Made by a program: the position numbers and the translations under genes. Shown piece after piece: positions 12,501-27,500 of a stretch of DNA of 64,000 nucleotides; within the stretch, counting starts at the first letter, position 1; every line of letters starts with the position of its first letter. Origin of the DNA: Mobula hypostoma (taxonomy: Eukaryota); contig NC_086097.1 in the NCBI RefSeq assembly GCF_963921235.1, forward strand, positions 101,496,001-101,560,000, in the 5' to 3' direction. Below the pieces are notes generated by a model, which was given only the letters and a program-made list of their open reading frames with translations, searched no databases and was not told the DNA's origin.

Positions 12501-15500
12501 CATAAGGAAGGAAACCAGACCAAAAGCAGCTGGAGCCTAAAGCAGAGAGGAAAAACACGGTAACTGTAGCACACCATTAAACAGTCCGTACACTCTGCTT
12601 CCAGTTGCATGAATCACGAGATTTCCTGTCTAACCTTGCGCCCTAAGTACACCCAAAGCGCTAAAGTGTCGGTACAACTCACTGAGGACACATGGCAAAC
12701 TGTGCTCACAACATGTATGGTCAAAGTCAGAGTATTACAGAATGGAAACAGACGCCGTCCCTGATAGTCCCAATTGCCAGTGTCCAGCCCATATCCTTCC
12801 AAGTTCCTCTTCTCCATACACCTATACAACCGCAATTTAAATATTGCAATGTACCAGCCTTGACCATTTCCTCTGGCTGCTCACTACCCTATGTGTGAAG
12901 AAGTTACCTCTCATGTCTCTGAAACCTCTCTCTTATCCTGCATCTGTATCCCCCTTTTTATTTTGCTTCCTAACCATAAGGAAAAGACTATGACTGTTCA
13001 CCTTATCCATACCCCTCATGGTTTTATCAACATTTGAAGTCACCCCTCATTCTCCTGCACTCCAGGGAATAAAGATCCACCACAGTCAACCTCTCCCTAC
13101 AGTTCAGCCTTCTTGTCCAGGAACCATCTCTTCTGCACCCTCTCCAGCTTAACAATGTGTCTCCTATAACAAGGTAGCTGAGGGAGGGACAGAAGCCTCA
13201 GGCTGAGGAACAGTTATTACTCTGCAGCCATCAGGCTCCTGAACCTGCGTGGATAACTTCACTACAACTGTAAACTTATTCCACAATCTACAGACTTGCA
13301 TTCAAGGACTCTTACAACTCGTTCTTTTTTTCTTATTTTCAATTGCACGATTTGTTTTATTTTGCATATTAGCTGTTTATCAGTTTATGTACAGCTTTAT
13401 TAAAATTCAATTGCATTTGTTTTTACCTGCAAATGCCTGCAAAAAGATAAAATTTCAAGGTAATATACAGTAACATAAATGTACTCTGGTAATAAATTTA
13501 TTTTGAACTTTGAAAGCTGTGCGCAACATTCCAAGTACAGCCTCACCATCAATTTATAATTGTAACATACTATCCCTACTCCTAAACTCAAAGCCCTGAC
13601 AAAGGCTAGCATGCTAAATGGCTTCACCATCTTTTCTATTTGCATGGCCACCTTTAGCAACTGTACACTTGAACTTCCAAGTCCCTCTATTCCACAACAC
13701 CAAAGTGATTTCCCCAATCTACCCGTATATCAAAATCCCCATGACTATTGTACATTGCCTTCCTTCACACATGTTCTATCTCCCATTGTAATTTGTATCC
13801 CACATCCTGGCTACTGTTCAGAGACCTGTATATAACTCCCCATTAAGGCCTTTTAACCCTTGCAGTTTCTTAACTCTACCCACTAGGATTCTACATTTCC
13901 CGATCCTGTATCACCCCATCCCACCGCTTTACCTGCCTGTCCTTTCGATACAATGTGTACCCTTGTACGTTCAGCTCCCAACTATGATCACTCGTCAGTG
14001 CCGTGCCATTCACTGTATCGGTCTTACCCCGGTTTGACTGCCCAAAATGCATCATCTACACTTATTCAGGTTGAAATTCATTTAGCATTCTTCAGCCATC
14101 ACCCTAACTGATCAGGATCTCTTGGCAATTCATTGTAACCTGCTTCACCATCAACAAGACCCTCTAATTTAGTATCATCAACAAACTTGCTAGTTGTGCA
14201 ATGTACATCCATTACATTCCAAACCATTGCATTAATAATGAGTAACAGAGGTCCCATCACAGACTCAGACCTCCAGTCAGAGGACTGGCCTTCAACCATC
14301 ACCCTCTACCTATAAAGCCAATCCTGAATCCACTATCCACTGCACTAGCTGCCCATGAATCCCATGAGACCCAACTATTCAAATCTGCTACACGGGACAT
14401 TAGGAAGAAATCTATATAGACTTGAATAAAGTCCATATTGTTGGATCGGACTGTTTAATTCTTAGATTAGACTGTTTAATTGTTATTTTCTTTGCAGTCT
14501 AACAATTATCTGCTTGTATTTTATATACAAATGTAATTACTTACATACATGTAACAAATTATATCCCCCTGTGGCTATAGAAAGTGTAGTTCTAGAAAGC
14601 TCTGGAAGTGTCTTTGTTCTGCAGTGTTGGAATAAGTGCTCTCATTGAATTACTCCCATCTACAAAGTTGAATGGAGTTTTGCTTATCTGTGTATAAAAT
14701 AGTTAACTGCCATCTTAATCTTAGTCCCTTTCTCCATCTGTTTCCTAGACCTCTGTCACTGTCTGTCTCAATTTTTCTTTGTTCTAACAACACTTAATAA
14801 AATAATTGTGAAAGAACAAGTTTTCTACCTCTTTCCAGACTTCTCAAAGAACCTTGGATTAAAACATTAAAGTGTAACAAGTGGCGGAGTCGGCAAGCAT
14901 GGTTACAAAGATTTAGGACTTGAAACCATTCAAAGGCAAAGTGGAATTTTTAGCATGCAATAAAAGGGGTAAGAACTTCCTCGAGCTCCAAATTGTCTGA
15001 GAGAAATATTAGTTTTGGCTTCAATATCGTCACAATGAGAATTAGGAGTGAAGAATTACCCTGTTATTTTGTAAAACGGATTTGTAAAAACGAAGCACAA
15101 GCCATACAGCTACATGCAAGCCAGGCGATTAAATGTGCAAGCTGGTAGAGCATCAAGAAAAATATATACATGCAGTGGTGCATGAGTCAAAAGATTAAAT
15201 GTGTGCAAGCCATTAGAGTGCACGAGAAAAGCTTGCAGAACTAAATATGTACAAGCGGTGGAGCAATATGTGCACCAGTGGAATGCAGGACACTTCAGTA
15301 GCAATCTTTTAATACTCCGAGATAGTGGTTCTCAATGTGGTCACACATCACTCGCCTTCTTATTTGCCTCTTAATTTCTGGTGTACCATTGTGGTGTAAA
15401 TTCCAACAAACACTAACATTAATGCTTCTTTCACTTAAGTAAATATTCTGCTTTTCTATTCTGTGGTAACCATTCACTCATCACTTAAATCAGGGGTCCC

Positions 15501-18500
15501 CAACCTTTTTTGCACTGCGGACCGGTTTAATATTGGCAATATTTTTGCCGACCGGCCGACCAGGGGTGGGGGGGGGGGGAGAAGAGTAGGGTTGCCAATG
15601 AACAAGAGTAGCAGTCAAGTGCATTGTTTACCCAAAAGACTACAATGACCATGAAGCCTTGCGTGGGCACCAATGCGCATGCGCGTCGTGGCCTGCCGAA
15701 CCCCCCCTCCACCCCCCGGAGCAAATCCTTTATGGCGATTCTGTTCGTGGGGGTGGGTGTTAATCACTACCAGAATATAGGTGATAAGTGGGTAATACAC
15801 TCAATTTTGTTTCTAAAAAGGTTTATCTAACGAATTTAATATTAAACACAGCGCATATTTTCCTCGCATGGATATAATGATAAGTCAATTATCAGGGGAG
15901 CTTGAAGTAAGTAAGTGTTGAACGAACTTAAAGCAGCAGTGGTAGAGGACGGTTCGATACGATCATTTACAGAAAAATTGAATAGATATATGGACAGGAA
16001 AGGAATGGAGGGTTATGGGCTGAGTGCAAGTCGGTGGGACTAGGTGTGAGTAGCGTTCGGCACGGACTAGAAGGGGAGAGATGGCCTGTTTCCGTACTGT
16101 AATTGTTATGTGGTTATATAAGCCACTTATAAGTCAGTAGCATCATAACATTTTAAGTAATATTTGGATATTAAACACACAGCAAATATTTTCCCCGTAT
16201 GAATATATAAAATCATTGCAACACACCAATATCGCTGAATCAATGGGAGCTCTGGGCTTGTTTCCCTGCAACAACATCGTCCTATCGAGGGGTGATGGGA
16301 GACAGCGATACTCGAATGGGGTTCCTGATGTCCAGTCTATTCCGCAGTTTAGTTTTCGTTGTATTCATTGCAGAAAACTCCGCTCCGCAGAAAAATGTTG
16401 GAAATGGAAGCAACATTTTCAGTGCTTTCGTGGCTATCTCAGGATATTTAGCCTTGACTTTGATCCAAAGTGCCGACAGAGATGTTATGTCAAACATACT
16501 TTTCAGCCCATCGTCATTTGCAAGCTCGAGGAGTTGATCGCCTTCCCGCCCTGACACGGATGACGCGCAAGTCATGACCTCGCATGCGTAATGGCTGATC
16601 AGTGGCCGTGACAAGGAATGAGGAAAGGTGCAGTTGACCAAATCATATCGCTTCCTCGCGGCCCGGTAGTGCATGCTCTGCAGCCCGGTACCAGTCCACG
16701 GCCCGGTGGTTGGGGACCGCTGATAATCCGCAACCTTTACATTTTAATTTACCTAGTAGGTCTGTACACCACCTCCAGCACAGGCTATAGGAAAATCCTG
16801 TAGCACCATAATCATTTAAATCAGCCCACTGAATTACCAGTCTACTTTATTAATGTATCCATTTTTCCTTTTAGATAGGATCTACTAGACCCGATCACTG
16901 AACATTTCTCAAACCCTGATACGCAATGCAGTAATAAATGAAATCCATTTTTCCAAAACTTACTTTGTGCAACATAATAGCTACAAATACGATCAACTGT
17001 ACACTCGTCTGTGATGTGGAAGCTGCTGCACCCAAGGCAATGCCATCCGCTGTAAGGGAAAGGAATAGATTAGGCCTATTACAATAGGGAAATGTGGGAA
17101 ATACAGAAGAGAGAATTGCTGAGTTCTACCCAATTACTCCCTGCAATGGGAATAAGACAAATCAATAATAATTATTGTTACTTACAGCTTGCTCAACTAA
17201 GCTATTTATTGCAGAATACAGCACTGAGTGGTCAACTGGATTACTGTGCATAGACCACTTAGAATTCTGACATGGGATTAATAAGCAGAAAGGAAACAAT
17301 GGGTTAAAAATCATATCCTTACATAAATGACGTTATTCTTAATTACACTAAGTAAACAATCATGCTTGTCTTTTTCAGAACCCTGATTTACATTCTAAGG
17401 TAAACAGTATCTGAAGTCAAGCAGCATGGACATCTTTTAAAGTTATGTCTTGTGCACCTGAAAAGATTAAGGCCTCAGTCAGTAGAGCTTCATCCAGATG
17501 GATAATCAATCTGCAACTACAGACTTCACTGGTCCCACATAGTAACAAAATAGAAAAGGTACTGGCCTTTTCTATTTTGGACAGAGAAAATTGCTTAAAG
17601 TACAACTCCTCAGGGTGCCTTACACAAAAAAATTAAATGTAACAAAAGTATTTACTGGAGCACTGAGCAAATTATAGTTATTTAGGTGTAACAATAAATT
17701 ATAGTCTGTGGTGCTTAATTAATCCAAGACGCCCAAATCTAAATTTGTTTATCTTTAACTAGTTAAATTAAATTTGAATATGTTTAGTTTTGACAAGAGT
17801 ACTTACAAGACTCCCAATATTTCCTAGCAAAACTCCCACTTATTTGCAGGGCAATGGACAAAAAGGGGTGCTAACTGAAAGTTCCACCCACCCCATTTAG
17901 TTAGCATAGAGACAATTGCCTGATACACTGGTTTAGTCTCCATTATCGAGTGCTGTGATTTCAGTAATAAAAACAGGACTCAAAAGTCTGAAGCAGCAAC
18001 ACATACATTGCTCAAGAACCTAGAAAATATTCCTTCACTTTCTCTCATTTCCATGTCATTAGATTCTTCCATGCACAAACCCACTCATCTCAGCCTTCAA
18101 CATACTGACGATTCACTGCCACCCGAGTCAGAGAATCTGCCTCCAGCAAAAAAGTTCCTCATTTCATTTATAAAGGTGGGCTCCTCACCCTTGACTGACT
18201 CCAACTCTATACTTACCTCAGCATCCATCTTGGCCAAGCTATTCAAAATTATGTTTTAATGAGACCACTTCTACTTTTCTGTTCAAGGTATTATAGATGT
18301 ATTTATTCAATTCTCCACATGATACAGCCCCCTTATCCTTCCTAAAAGCCAAATTGGAGAGCCTCTATTAAATCAAGTCTACTCTTCTTTAGGGAAGGAG
18401 ACTAAAACTGAATACTGTATTCCAAGCAAATCCTTATTTAATTGCAGCAAGTTTACTGTTCTCCATTCTTTTGCAATGAAGATTAACAACTTTAGCTGCA

Positions 18501-21500
18501 CATTGACTTTGTGACTTGACTACGAGAACATGAAAGATCCATGTTCCTTAAAAACCCAGAGTTTCAAAAACCTGAGAATATTTTTCTCTTGACCTAATCA
18601 AACTACTGCTTACTATGTTAAGTACAGATCTGGGCGGGATCCCTGAAAGAGCATTTTAGAAAGAATGAAAGCAGCACTGACCCAGTGCTTTTAAAGTTAT
18701 CATAGGGCATGACCATTACCTGCTGCATGAACCACCAGGCCAAGTGTGGTGGTGATCTTGGTGTTTGCTGTTCTTGCAGCCTCAGGATCTTAACAGGGAA
18801 TAAAAGCACAGAATCAAACATTGCCTGTGAATTTAAACATACTAGTTAATAACTTCACATTCAGTTTTAGTTAAATAACTTCACAGGTGGTGGTCCCTTT
18901 ACCTCCAGACACAATTCCCCCCCCCCACTTACTCTCATATCCTTCCACTCACTAGAAGCCATAACCCCGACCCTTCTCGTAAATGACCAGCAAAATGTTT
19001 CTCACCTCAAGACGTGTTGCAACCCTACTGTACCACTTGAAGAGAAACACTATTAGTAACTCTGATGCCGATTAGGAACTCCCAAAGTTATTACCAACTT
19101 TTAATAACCATTAAACAGCAAAGTATTAATCTGTCTTTCAACACCCTGAATCTTTCATTTGGATAAACAACTGCAAAATCTAACATTCTGTTGAAAGAGT
19201 ATCTGTTACTGTTGTACTGGATGGGAATATTATGTCAGAGCAATTTACTAACTAGACTATGAAATGCCTCTGTAGAAAGTGTTTTCACACCAATATAAAA
19301 CATTTGTGAGTTTGTACAGAAAATTATTAAATAAGACCATAAGACATAGGAGCAAAATTAGGCTATTTGGCCCATCAAGTCTGCTCCACCATTTCGTCAT
19401 GGCTGATCCATTTACCCTCTCAGTCTCAATCTCCTGCCTTCTCCCCATATCCTTTCATGCCCCGACTAATCAAGAATCCATCAATCTTTGTAAATGTATC
19501 CAATGACTTGGCCTTCACAGCAGCCTGTGGCAACAAATTCCACAGATCCACCACTCACTGGCTAAAGAAATTCCTTTGTCAGGCAAGCTTTTCTCTTACA
19601 GAAACCATGCTGATCATGTGCCTCCAAGTCTCCTGAAACCACATCCTTAACAATTGACTCCATCATTTTCCCAACCACTGAGGTCAGACTAATTGGCCTA
19701 TAATTTCCTTTCTTCTGCCTCTCTCCCTTCTTAAAGATTGGAGTGACATTTGCAATTTTTTTATTTGTCCAGAACCATGCCAGAATTCATTGATTCTTGA
19801 AAGATCACTACTAATGCCTCTTCAATCTCTTTCAGCACTCTGAGGTTCTTTCAGCACTCTGAGGCGTATACCATCTGGTCCAGGTGACTCATTCAGTTTT
19901 AGATAACTAACTTTACACAGGTGGTGGTCTCATTACCTCCAGACACAATTCCAACCACCCCCCCCCCACATCCTTTCACTCATTGAGCAGCAAAATGTAA
20001 GGGTTATGGCTGGCAATTACACATAGGGTTTCTCCCCTCGAGACACAACTGCAACCCTGCTGTACCACTTGAACAAAAACACTCTTAGTAACTTTGATAT
20101 CAACCTTCAGACCTTACAGTTTCCAAAGAACCTTCTCCCTGGTAATGACAACTTCACACACTTCTGCCCCTGACACTTTCGAACTTCCAGCATACTGCTA
20201 GTATCTTCACAGTGAAGACCGATGCAAAATAGTTATTCCATTCATCCGCCATTTCCTTGCCCACCATTACTACCTCTCCAGCATTGTTTTCCAGTGGTCC
20301 GATATCTATTCTCTCCTCTCTTTTACACTTCAGGTAGCTGAAGAAACTTTTGGTATCCTCTTTCATATTATTCACCATCTTAACTTCATATTCCATCCTT
20401 TCCTTCCTTATGACTTTTTCAAAATTGTCTTCTGTTGGTTTTTAAAAGCTTCCCAATCCTCTAACTTCCTACTAATTTTGCCCTATTATATGCCCCCTCT
20501 TTGGCTTTTATGTTGGCTTTGACATCTCTTGTTAACCATGGTTATTATGTCATCCTGCCTTTAGAACATTTCTTCCTCTTTGGGATGTATATATCCTGTG
20601 CCTTCCGTATTACTCCCAGGTATTCCAACCATTGGAAAATTCCACTGGCAGGGATGACGGCAAAGCATCAGTCAATTCCGGCCAGCTCCTTGCTCATGCC
20701 TCTGTAACTCCCTTTACTCCACTGTAATACTGATACATCCAACTTTAGCTTTGCCTTCTCAAATTTTTCTCAAAAATATCATTGAAATAGCATCAAGATT
20801 TATAGGATTAAATTTCAAAGATTGATTGCTTGGCCTGTAAACCTTTAAGCTGAGCTCGTCAATTTCATCGACTTTACTTCAAACTTCCACCCAGCCCTCA
20901 AATTCACGGTCTATCTCGGACACCTCTCTCCCCTTTCTCGATCTCCATCTCTGGAGACAGACTCTCCGCTGACATCTTCTACAAGCCCACTGACTCTCAT
21001 AACTACCTCGACTATACCTCTTCCCACCCCGCCACATGCAAAAATGCCATTCCCCATTCCTCCGTCTCCGCTGCATCTGCTCCCAGGATGAGGCTTTCCA
21101 TTCTTGGACATCTCAAATGTCCTCTTTCTTTAAGGATCGTGGTTTCCCTTCTACGGTGATCCTCACCCGCATCTCCTCCATTTCCCGCACTTCGGCCCTT
21201 ACCCCATCTTCCTGCCACCACAACAGGCACAGAGTTCCCCTTGTCCTCACCTACCACCCCACCAGCCTCTGGATCCAGCACATTATCCTCCGCAACTTCC
21301 ACCACCTTCAACAGGATCCCACCACTAAGCACATCTTTCCCTCTCCACCCCTCGCCGCTTTCCGCAGGGATCGATCCCTCCACGACTCACTTATCCGCAC
21401 ATCCATCCCCACGGATCTCCCACCCAGCACTTATCCCTGTAAGCGTAAGTGCTACACCTGTCCCTACACCTCCTCTCTTACCACCATTCAGGGCCCCAAA

Positions 21501-24500
21501 CAGTCCTTCCAGGTGAGGCAACACTTCACTTGTGAATCTGTTGGGGTCATCTATTGCATCCGGTGCTCCCGGTGCGGCCTCCTGTACATCGGTGAAACCC
21601 GACGCAGATTGGGGGACCGCTTCGTCGAGCACCTCCACTCCGTCCGCCACAACAGACAGGATCTCCCGGTAGCCACCCACTTCAACTCTGCTTCCCATTC
21701 TCATTCAGATATGTCCATACATGGCCTCCTCTACTTCCATGAGGAGGCTAAACTCAGGTTGGAGGAGCAACACCTCATATACCGTCTAAGTAGTCTCCAG
21801 CCGCTTGGTATGAACATAGAATTCTCCAACTTTCGGTAATTCCCTCCCCCTCCCTTCCTCTATCCCTATTTTACATCACCTCCCTCATAGTTCTGCCTCC
21901 TTCTACTACTTCGCATTGTTCTCCTGCCAATCACCTCCCTGCTTCCTCTCCCCCACCCCTCTGTCTTTAAAATTACTGTTTTTTTCAACTACCAGCATTC
22001 TTCAAACCCTCCCCAAAGTTCTTCCTCAGTCCTGATGAAGGGTTTCGGCCTGAAACGTCAACTAATCTTTTCAACTGATGCTGACTGACCTGTTGAGTTC
22101 CTCCAGTGCATTGTGAGTGTTCCTAAGATTTTACAGGTTCCATTTAACCTTTGCTACACTTGCGTTAAAGCAAGAATACCCTTTCCTGGGTAAAAGGACC
22201 TAAACAGACCAACGTCCTATATAAATACAAGCAAAACTTCATATTTTTAAATTCCAGACTTTTCATAACAAATACTGAGTTCTCATAACATTTACCTTAC
22301 TCTAATTACTTACTGTATCAACATATTAACATTAACACGTTGATGTATATACAAGAGCACTCGAGGGGCATCGGAACACTAATATTACCCAATTTGTCAA
22401 GTTCCATGTCTCCATAGTTTGTAAAAGTGAACAGTCTGTTCTCCCTGTATTATATTCCATCTGCCACCTACCTGTCAAAATTCCAATGTAGCCTCATCAA
22501 CTACCTTTATAGTTATCACTGCACCATCAGTAATTTTGGGAAAAAAAAGTTATGCAGCGAGATCCTGGTACGGGTCCTGGCAGTTCACCACTATTTGCAA
22601 CCTGCCAAACCAAAAATCAACCACTTATTCCTACTCTCTTCTGTTAATTAATTTTCTATTTATTGAAATCCTTGCTTCCCCCGATCCTCCACTCAGACTA
22701 CCATATCCCAAATCCCATGCTTCCAACAAATATCCTTTCTTTCTGCTATTTTTATCCCATCCACTATTACCATCTCCAATCCATTTTCCCCATCTCTCAA
22801 ATATGCTGAAACTAGATCCTATTTACAGCCACATCTATAGAATGGCTCCTACCAAACACAATTCTTTGCAACTTAATAGATCATCAGTTTTATTGGTAAT
22901 ACTTCAATCTTTTCCCACCTCCTTACAGCCCCCAAAGCAACACAGAATACTGTTAATTGTTTTACTTCGACTCTTCACTAAAATCTTGCCAAATTACAGC
23001 TTTTAACAGCTACTGTATTACTCCTATTCCTTTGGAAATGACTCCCACTATTGATGAGATGCTAAATTGTTAATGCAGTCACTGACCACCCTTATATATG
23101 ATTATGAAGACACGCAGTCCTCTTTTATCGTCATTTAATAATGCATGCATTAAGAAATGATACAATATTTCCTCCCGTGTGATATCACAAAACACAGGAC
23201 AGACCAAGACTGAAAAAAACTAACAAAACCACATAATTATAACATCTAGTTACAACAGTGCAACAATAGCATAACTTGATGAAGAAGTCCATGAGCACAG
23301 CAAAAGTTCAAAGTCTCTCAAATGTCCCACATCTCACACAGACGGGAGAAGGAAGAAAAACTCTCCCTGCCATACCCGACCACGGTCCGACTCTGAGTCA
23401 TCGAAAACTTCAAGCTCTGAGCGCCATCTCTATCCGAACGATTCGACCTCCATCTCAGTCGCCAACAGCAGGCAAAGCCGGGGATTTTGGGGCCTTCCCT
23501 CCGAAAGAGTCCCGACTGCGCAGTAACGACAGCAGCGAACGAGCGTTTCAGAAATTTTTCCAGATGTTCTTCTGTGCTTTCACGTCTGTCTCCATCAAAT
23601 CAGAATTGTCCATGACCCCTATTTAACGGATACGATATCATTTTTCACCAGAGGGCTGCGCACGCGCAGCGCGCTGCTCTCTCTCCTCCTGCCAATATAA
23701 AGGTCTGATCAACTGCTCCACTTTTGAATTGACATTATGCCTAGTTTGAGTAATTTTCTTTTTCTGGTAAGACACAGGCAACCCTAACAAGGACAGCATT
23801 ATGCCCCAATCTGAAATTATGAAGTTTGTTTGTGCCTCCCCACCCTGCTCCCCCAGAGTGTAGTTAGGGTCAATTGTATTGTGGATTCAGGACATTATTA
23901 CATACACATAAATATTAACACTTTTTTTTTTAAATGACAACTGGTTAATTTCATTGTCACCATTACATCCACTGCCTTTTAAAAAAAATTCCAGACTTAG
24001 TGAATTCAAATTCCTTCACTGGTGGAGCAAGCACTCTTAACTCTGAAACCAATGCAATAACACTACACTTCCGTTCGAGAAGTTCCTTGCTTCTGAAACC
24101 CACTTGAAGGGCCCCTTTGCTATTGGAGCCCATTAAAATAGAGCAGCTTCTCCTTTCCCCAGTAATGACATTATTATGCTGCAAGCTGAAACCAGGTATT
24201 CCACAATGCTTTTTATGAGGTAAATTAAACAGCATTGACTCAGCATGCCAATGCAAACGTGAAGACAACCAGCCACAGCCTCAACTTTTAGGAGCTTAAG
24301 GAGATTCTAACAAACTTCCACAGACGCACTGTTGAAAGTATCCTGAACAGTTCTATTGTAGCCTGATATAGCAATTCAAATGCATAGAAATACCAGAGGC
24401 TTTAAAGAGTAGTGGTCATAGCCCACTCTATCACAGGCGACAGCTTTCCCACCACCGACAAGAAGTGATGCCTCAAGAAGGCAGGATCTATCAACAGTCC

Positions 24501-27500
24501 CTGCCATCTGAGCTACTGTCAGGCAGGAGGTACAAAAGCTGAAACCCACACCACTATGTTCAGGATTAACTCGTTTCCTGCAATTATCAGGTTCTTGAAT
24601 TGACCTACCTAACCCTACCTTAACAACAGAACAATACAGATCAACCCTTGCACTTCTATGGAATTGTATCCGATTGTGTCTTTTTTGCACTTGGGTTTAT
24701 TATTGCCATGTGTACCAAAGCAGAATGAAAAACTTATCTTCAATACTGTTCATACATATCAGTTTATTACAACAATGTACTGAGGTAGTACAAGGTAAAA
24801 CAAAATGCGGTATAGAATGTTATGGTTAAAGAGAAAGTGCAGTGCAGATGATAAGGTGCAAAGGGTAGATTGTGAAGTCAAGGGCCCATCTTATCCCTAG
24901 TATTAAAACTCACATCAGACCATTCAATAATCTTATGCCTTTCAGCTCAGTGCTATGCACTTTCTGGCTTCTGTACTTTCTGCACAATGGGAGTGGGGGC
25001 GAAAAGAGAACATTCAGGGGGAGTGGGGACTTTGATTATGTTGGCTGCTTTACTGAAGCAGTGAGAAGCATATACAGAGTAAATGGAGCAGAGGCTGGTT
25101 TCTGTGAAGCACTGAGCTACAGTTGCAAGAAAAAGATTGTGAATTTTGCAATTACCCTGTTTTTTGCATTAATTACACATAAAATGTGGTCTGATTTTCA
25201 TCCAAGTCACAATAATAGGCAAACACAATCTGCCTAAACTAGTAACACATAAACAATTCTACTTCTTCTCATCAATATTTAAACAATCACAGTCTAAAGT
25301 ATGTGAACCTCTGGGGTAATGCTTTCTACAAAAGCTATTTGGAGTCGGGTGTTCCAATCAATGAGATGAGATTGGAGGTGTGGGTTGTAGAGGTGCCCTG
25401 TCCTATAAAAAAGACAGACTAAATCAGGTTACTGACAGAGCCTGCTCATCTCAAGAAAGATCTGTTTATGTGCACCATGCCTCGATCAAAATAACCTTCA
25501 AAGGAAGAACTTTAGAAGAAGAATTGTAGAGATGCATGAAGCTGGAAAAGGCTACAAAAGCATTTTTAAAGAACCGAGTGTTCATCAGTCCATAGCAAGA
25601 GAAACTGTCTACAAATAGAGGAAATTCAGTACACTCCCTAGGAGTGGGAGTCCTGCAAAGATGCCACCAAGAGCAGAGGTACAACGCTGAAGGAGGTGAA
25701 AAAGAACCCAAGGATACCAGGAAAAGACCTGCAAAAATCTCTAGAACTTGCTGAAGTTTCTGTTTACATGTCTACTATAAGAAAAACACTGAACAAGAAT
25801 GTTCATAGAAGGACACCACATAGGCGGAGGTGAAGTCATGATGGCGCAAAATTGCAACTCCTTCATGTTCATCTATGAAAACAGCTTAATTTCTACCTTT
25901 GATGTCTCTCCTTTTCACTTTCAGGGTGGATAGGGTTCTCTTGAAGATCCTGACCTGGAGTTACACTCAGACTTCAGTTCTTTGCATTGGTGAGACATGC
26001 TCTCAGTGTTTCATGACTGGCCACCTTTCAATATCCCAAGGACATGGCTTAGAAGACGAGCGCATCTTCGCGGTTCCGAGGTTTCACAACCATGTGGATG
26101 GGCTGATTTTAAGCTGGCGCCGTCTACTGAGGAGTCACAGGAGACAACGGAACATCAGACCCACTTGGAGTACTGTGCTCAATTCTGGTCGCCTCACTAT
26201 AGGAAGGACGCAGAAACCATAGAAAGGGTGCAGTGGAGATTTAGAAGGATGCTGCCTGGATTGGGGAGCATGCCTTATGAGAATTGGTTGAGTGAACTCA
26301 GCCTTTTCTCCTTGGAGCCTCGGAGGATGAGAGGTGACTTGACCGAGGTGCACAAGATAATGAGAGGCTTTGATCATGTGGATAGTCAGAGGCTTTTCCT
26401 CCAGGGCTGAAATGGCTAGCACGAAAGGGCATAGTTTTAAGGTGCTTGGAAGTAGGTACAGGAGATGTCAGGGGTAAGTTAGTAAGTTAGTTAATTATTT
26501 TTTATATAAACGCAGAGAGTGGTGAGTGCGTGGAATAGGCTGCCGGAGGTGGTGCTGAAGGTGGAAACGATAGGGTCTTTTAAGAGACTCCTGGATGGCT
26601 ACATGGAGCTTAGAAAAATAGAGGGCTATGGGTAAAGCCTAGGTGGTTCTAAGATACGGACATGTTCGGCACAGCTTTGTGGACCGAAGGGCCTGTATTG
26701 TGCTGTATGCTTTCTATGTTTCTACCAGGAACAGCAAACTGAGACGGGAAACTCTGTGAGCTGTGCTCTGTCTTGTTGGTTGTTGAGAAATTGTTGCTGA
26801 TTCTCAGGTCACAGAGCTTAGGGGAAAAAAGCAACATGACAGACTTTCAACTCTGTAAGTCAGCCAGTTGTTTTGTTATGGTCCCCTCCTCCCCACTGTG
26901 AAAGGGGACACCTCTTTTTCCCTTTATTAGGGAGAGAGAGCCTATGGCAGGTTGAATTGTTGGGTGAACAATTAGTTGTTGTTGTACTGCAGATCATGGT
27001 CTTTATTGGGGGCCTTGCTATTGCACGCTTGGTGGGTGGAGGGTGCTGATGCTTCTTCTGTGGAAGTGGGTGATTGCTTGGCTGCTGCTTGTGCGTGTAA
27101 GAAGGGAGTTGGGGGGCTTTGGGGGTTCTAACATATAACTGTCATTCATTTTTTTGGGGCACTCTTCTGTTTTCATGGATGCCTGCTAAGGAAATGAATT
27201 TCAGGATGTAAATCGTATACAATTTGGATATTAAATAGAACTGTTAAACTACTGAAACTGCTGCACTCCAAAAAAAAAAGCATTGCTGCACGCTCAAATT
27301 TGCAGAAGACCAGCTGGATGTTCCACAATGCTTCTGAAACAATGTTCTATGGACAGATGAGACAGAAGTTGAACTTTCTAGCAGAAGTGCACACCGTTAT
27401 GTTTAGAGGAAAAGGGACACTGCACACCAACACCAAAACTTCATCTCAATCGTGAAGCATGGTGGAAGGAGCATTATGGTTTGGCGCTGCTTTGCTGTCT

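Noticed and set aside
15483..16730. 8-bp TSD of the hAT element
   Set aside because: The flanks acttaaat and ataatccg do not match.
21036..21839. Stand-alone domesticated GIY-YIG nuclease gene
   Set aside because: Several related copies in the window, upstream frameshifts and a Penelope 3' terminus; no evidence of its own promoter or of selection.
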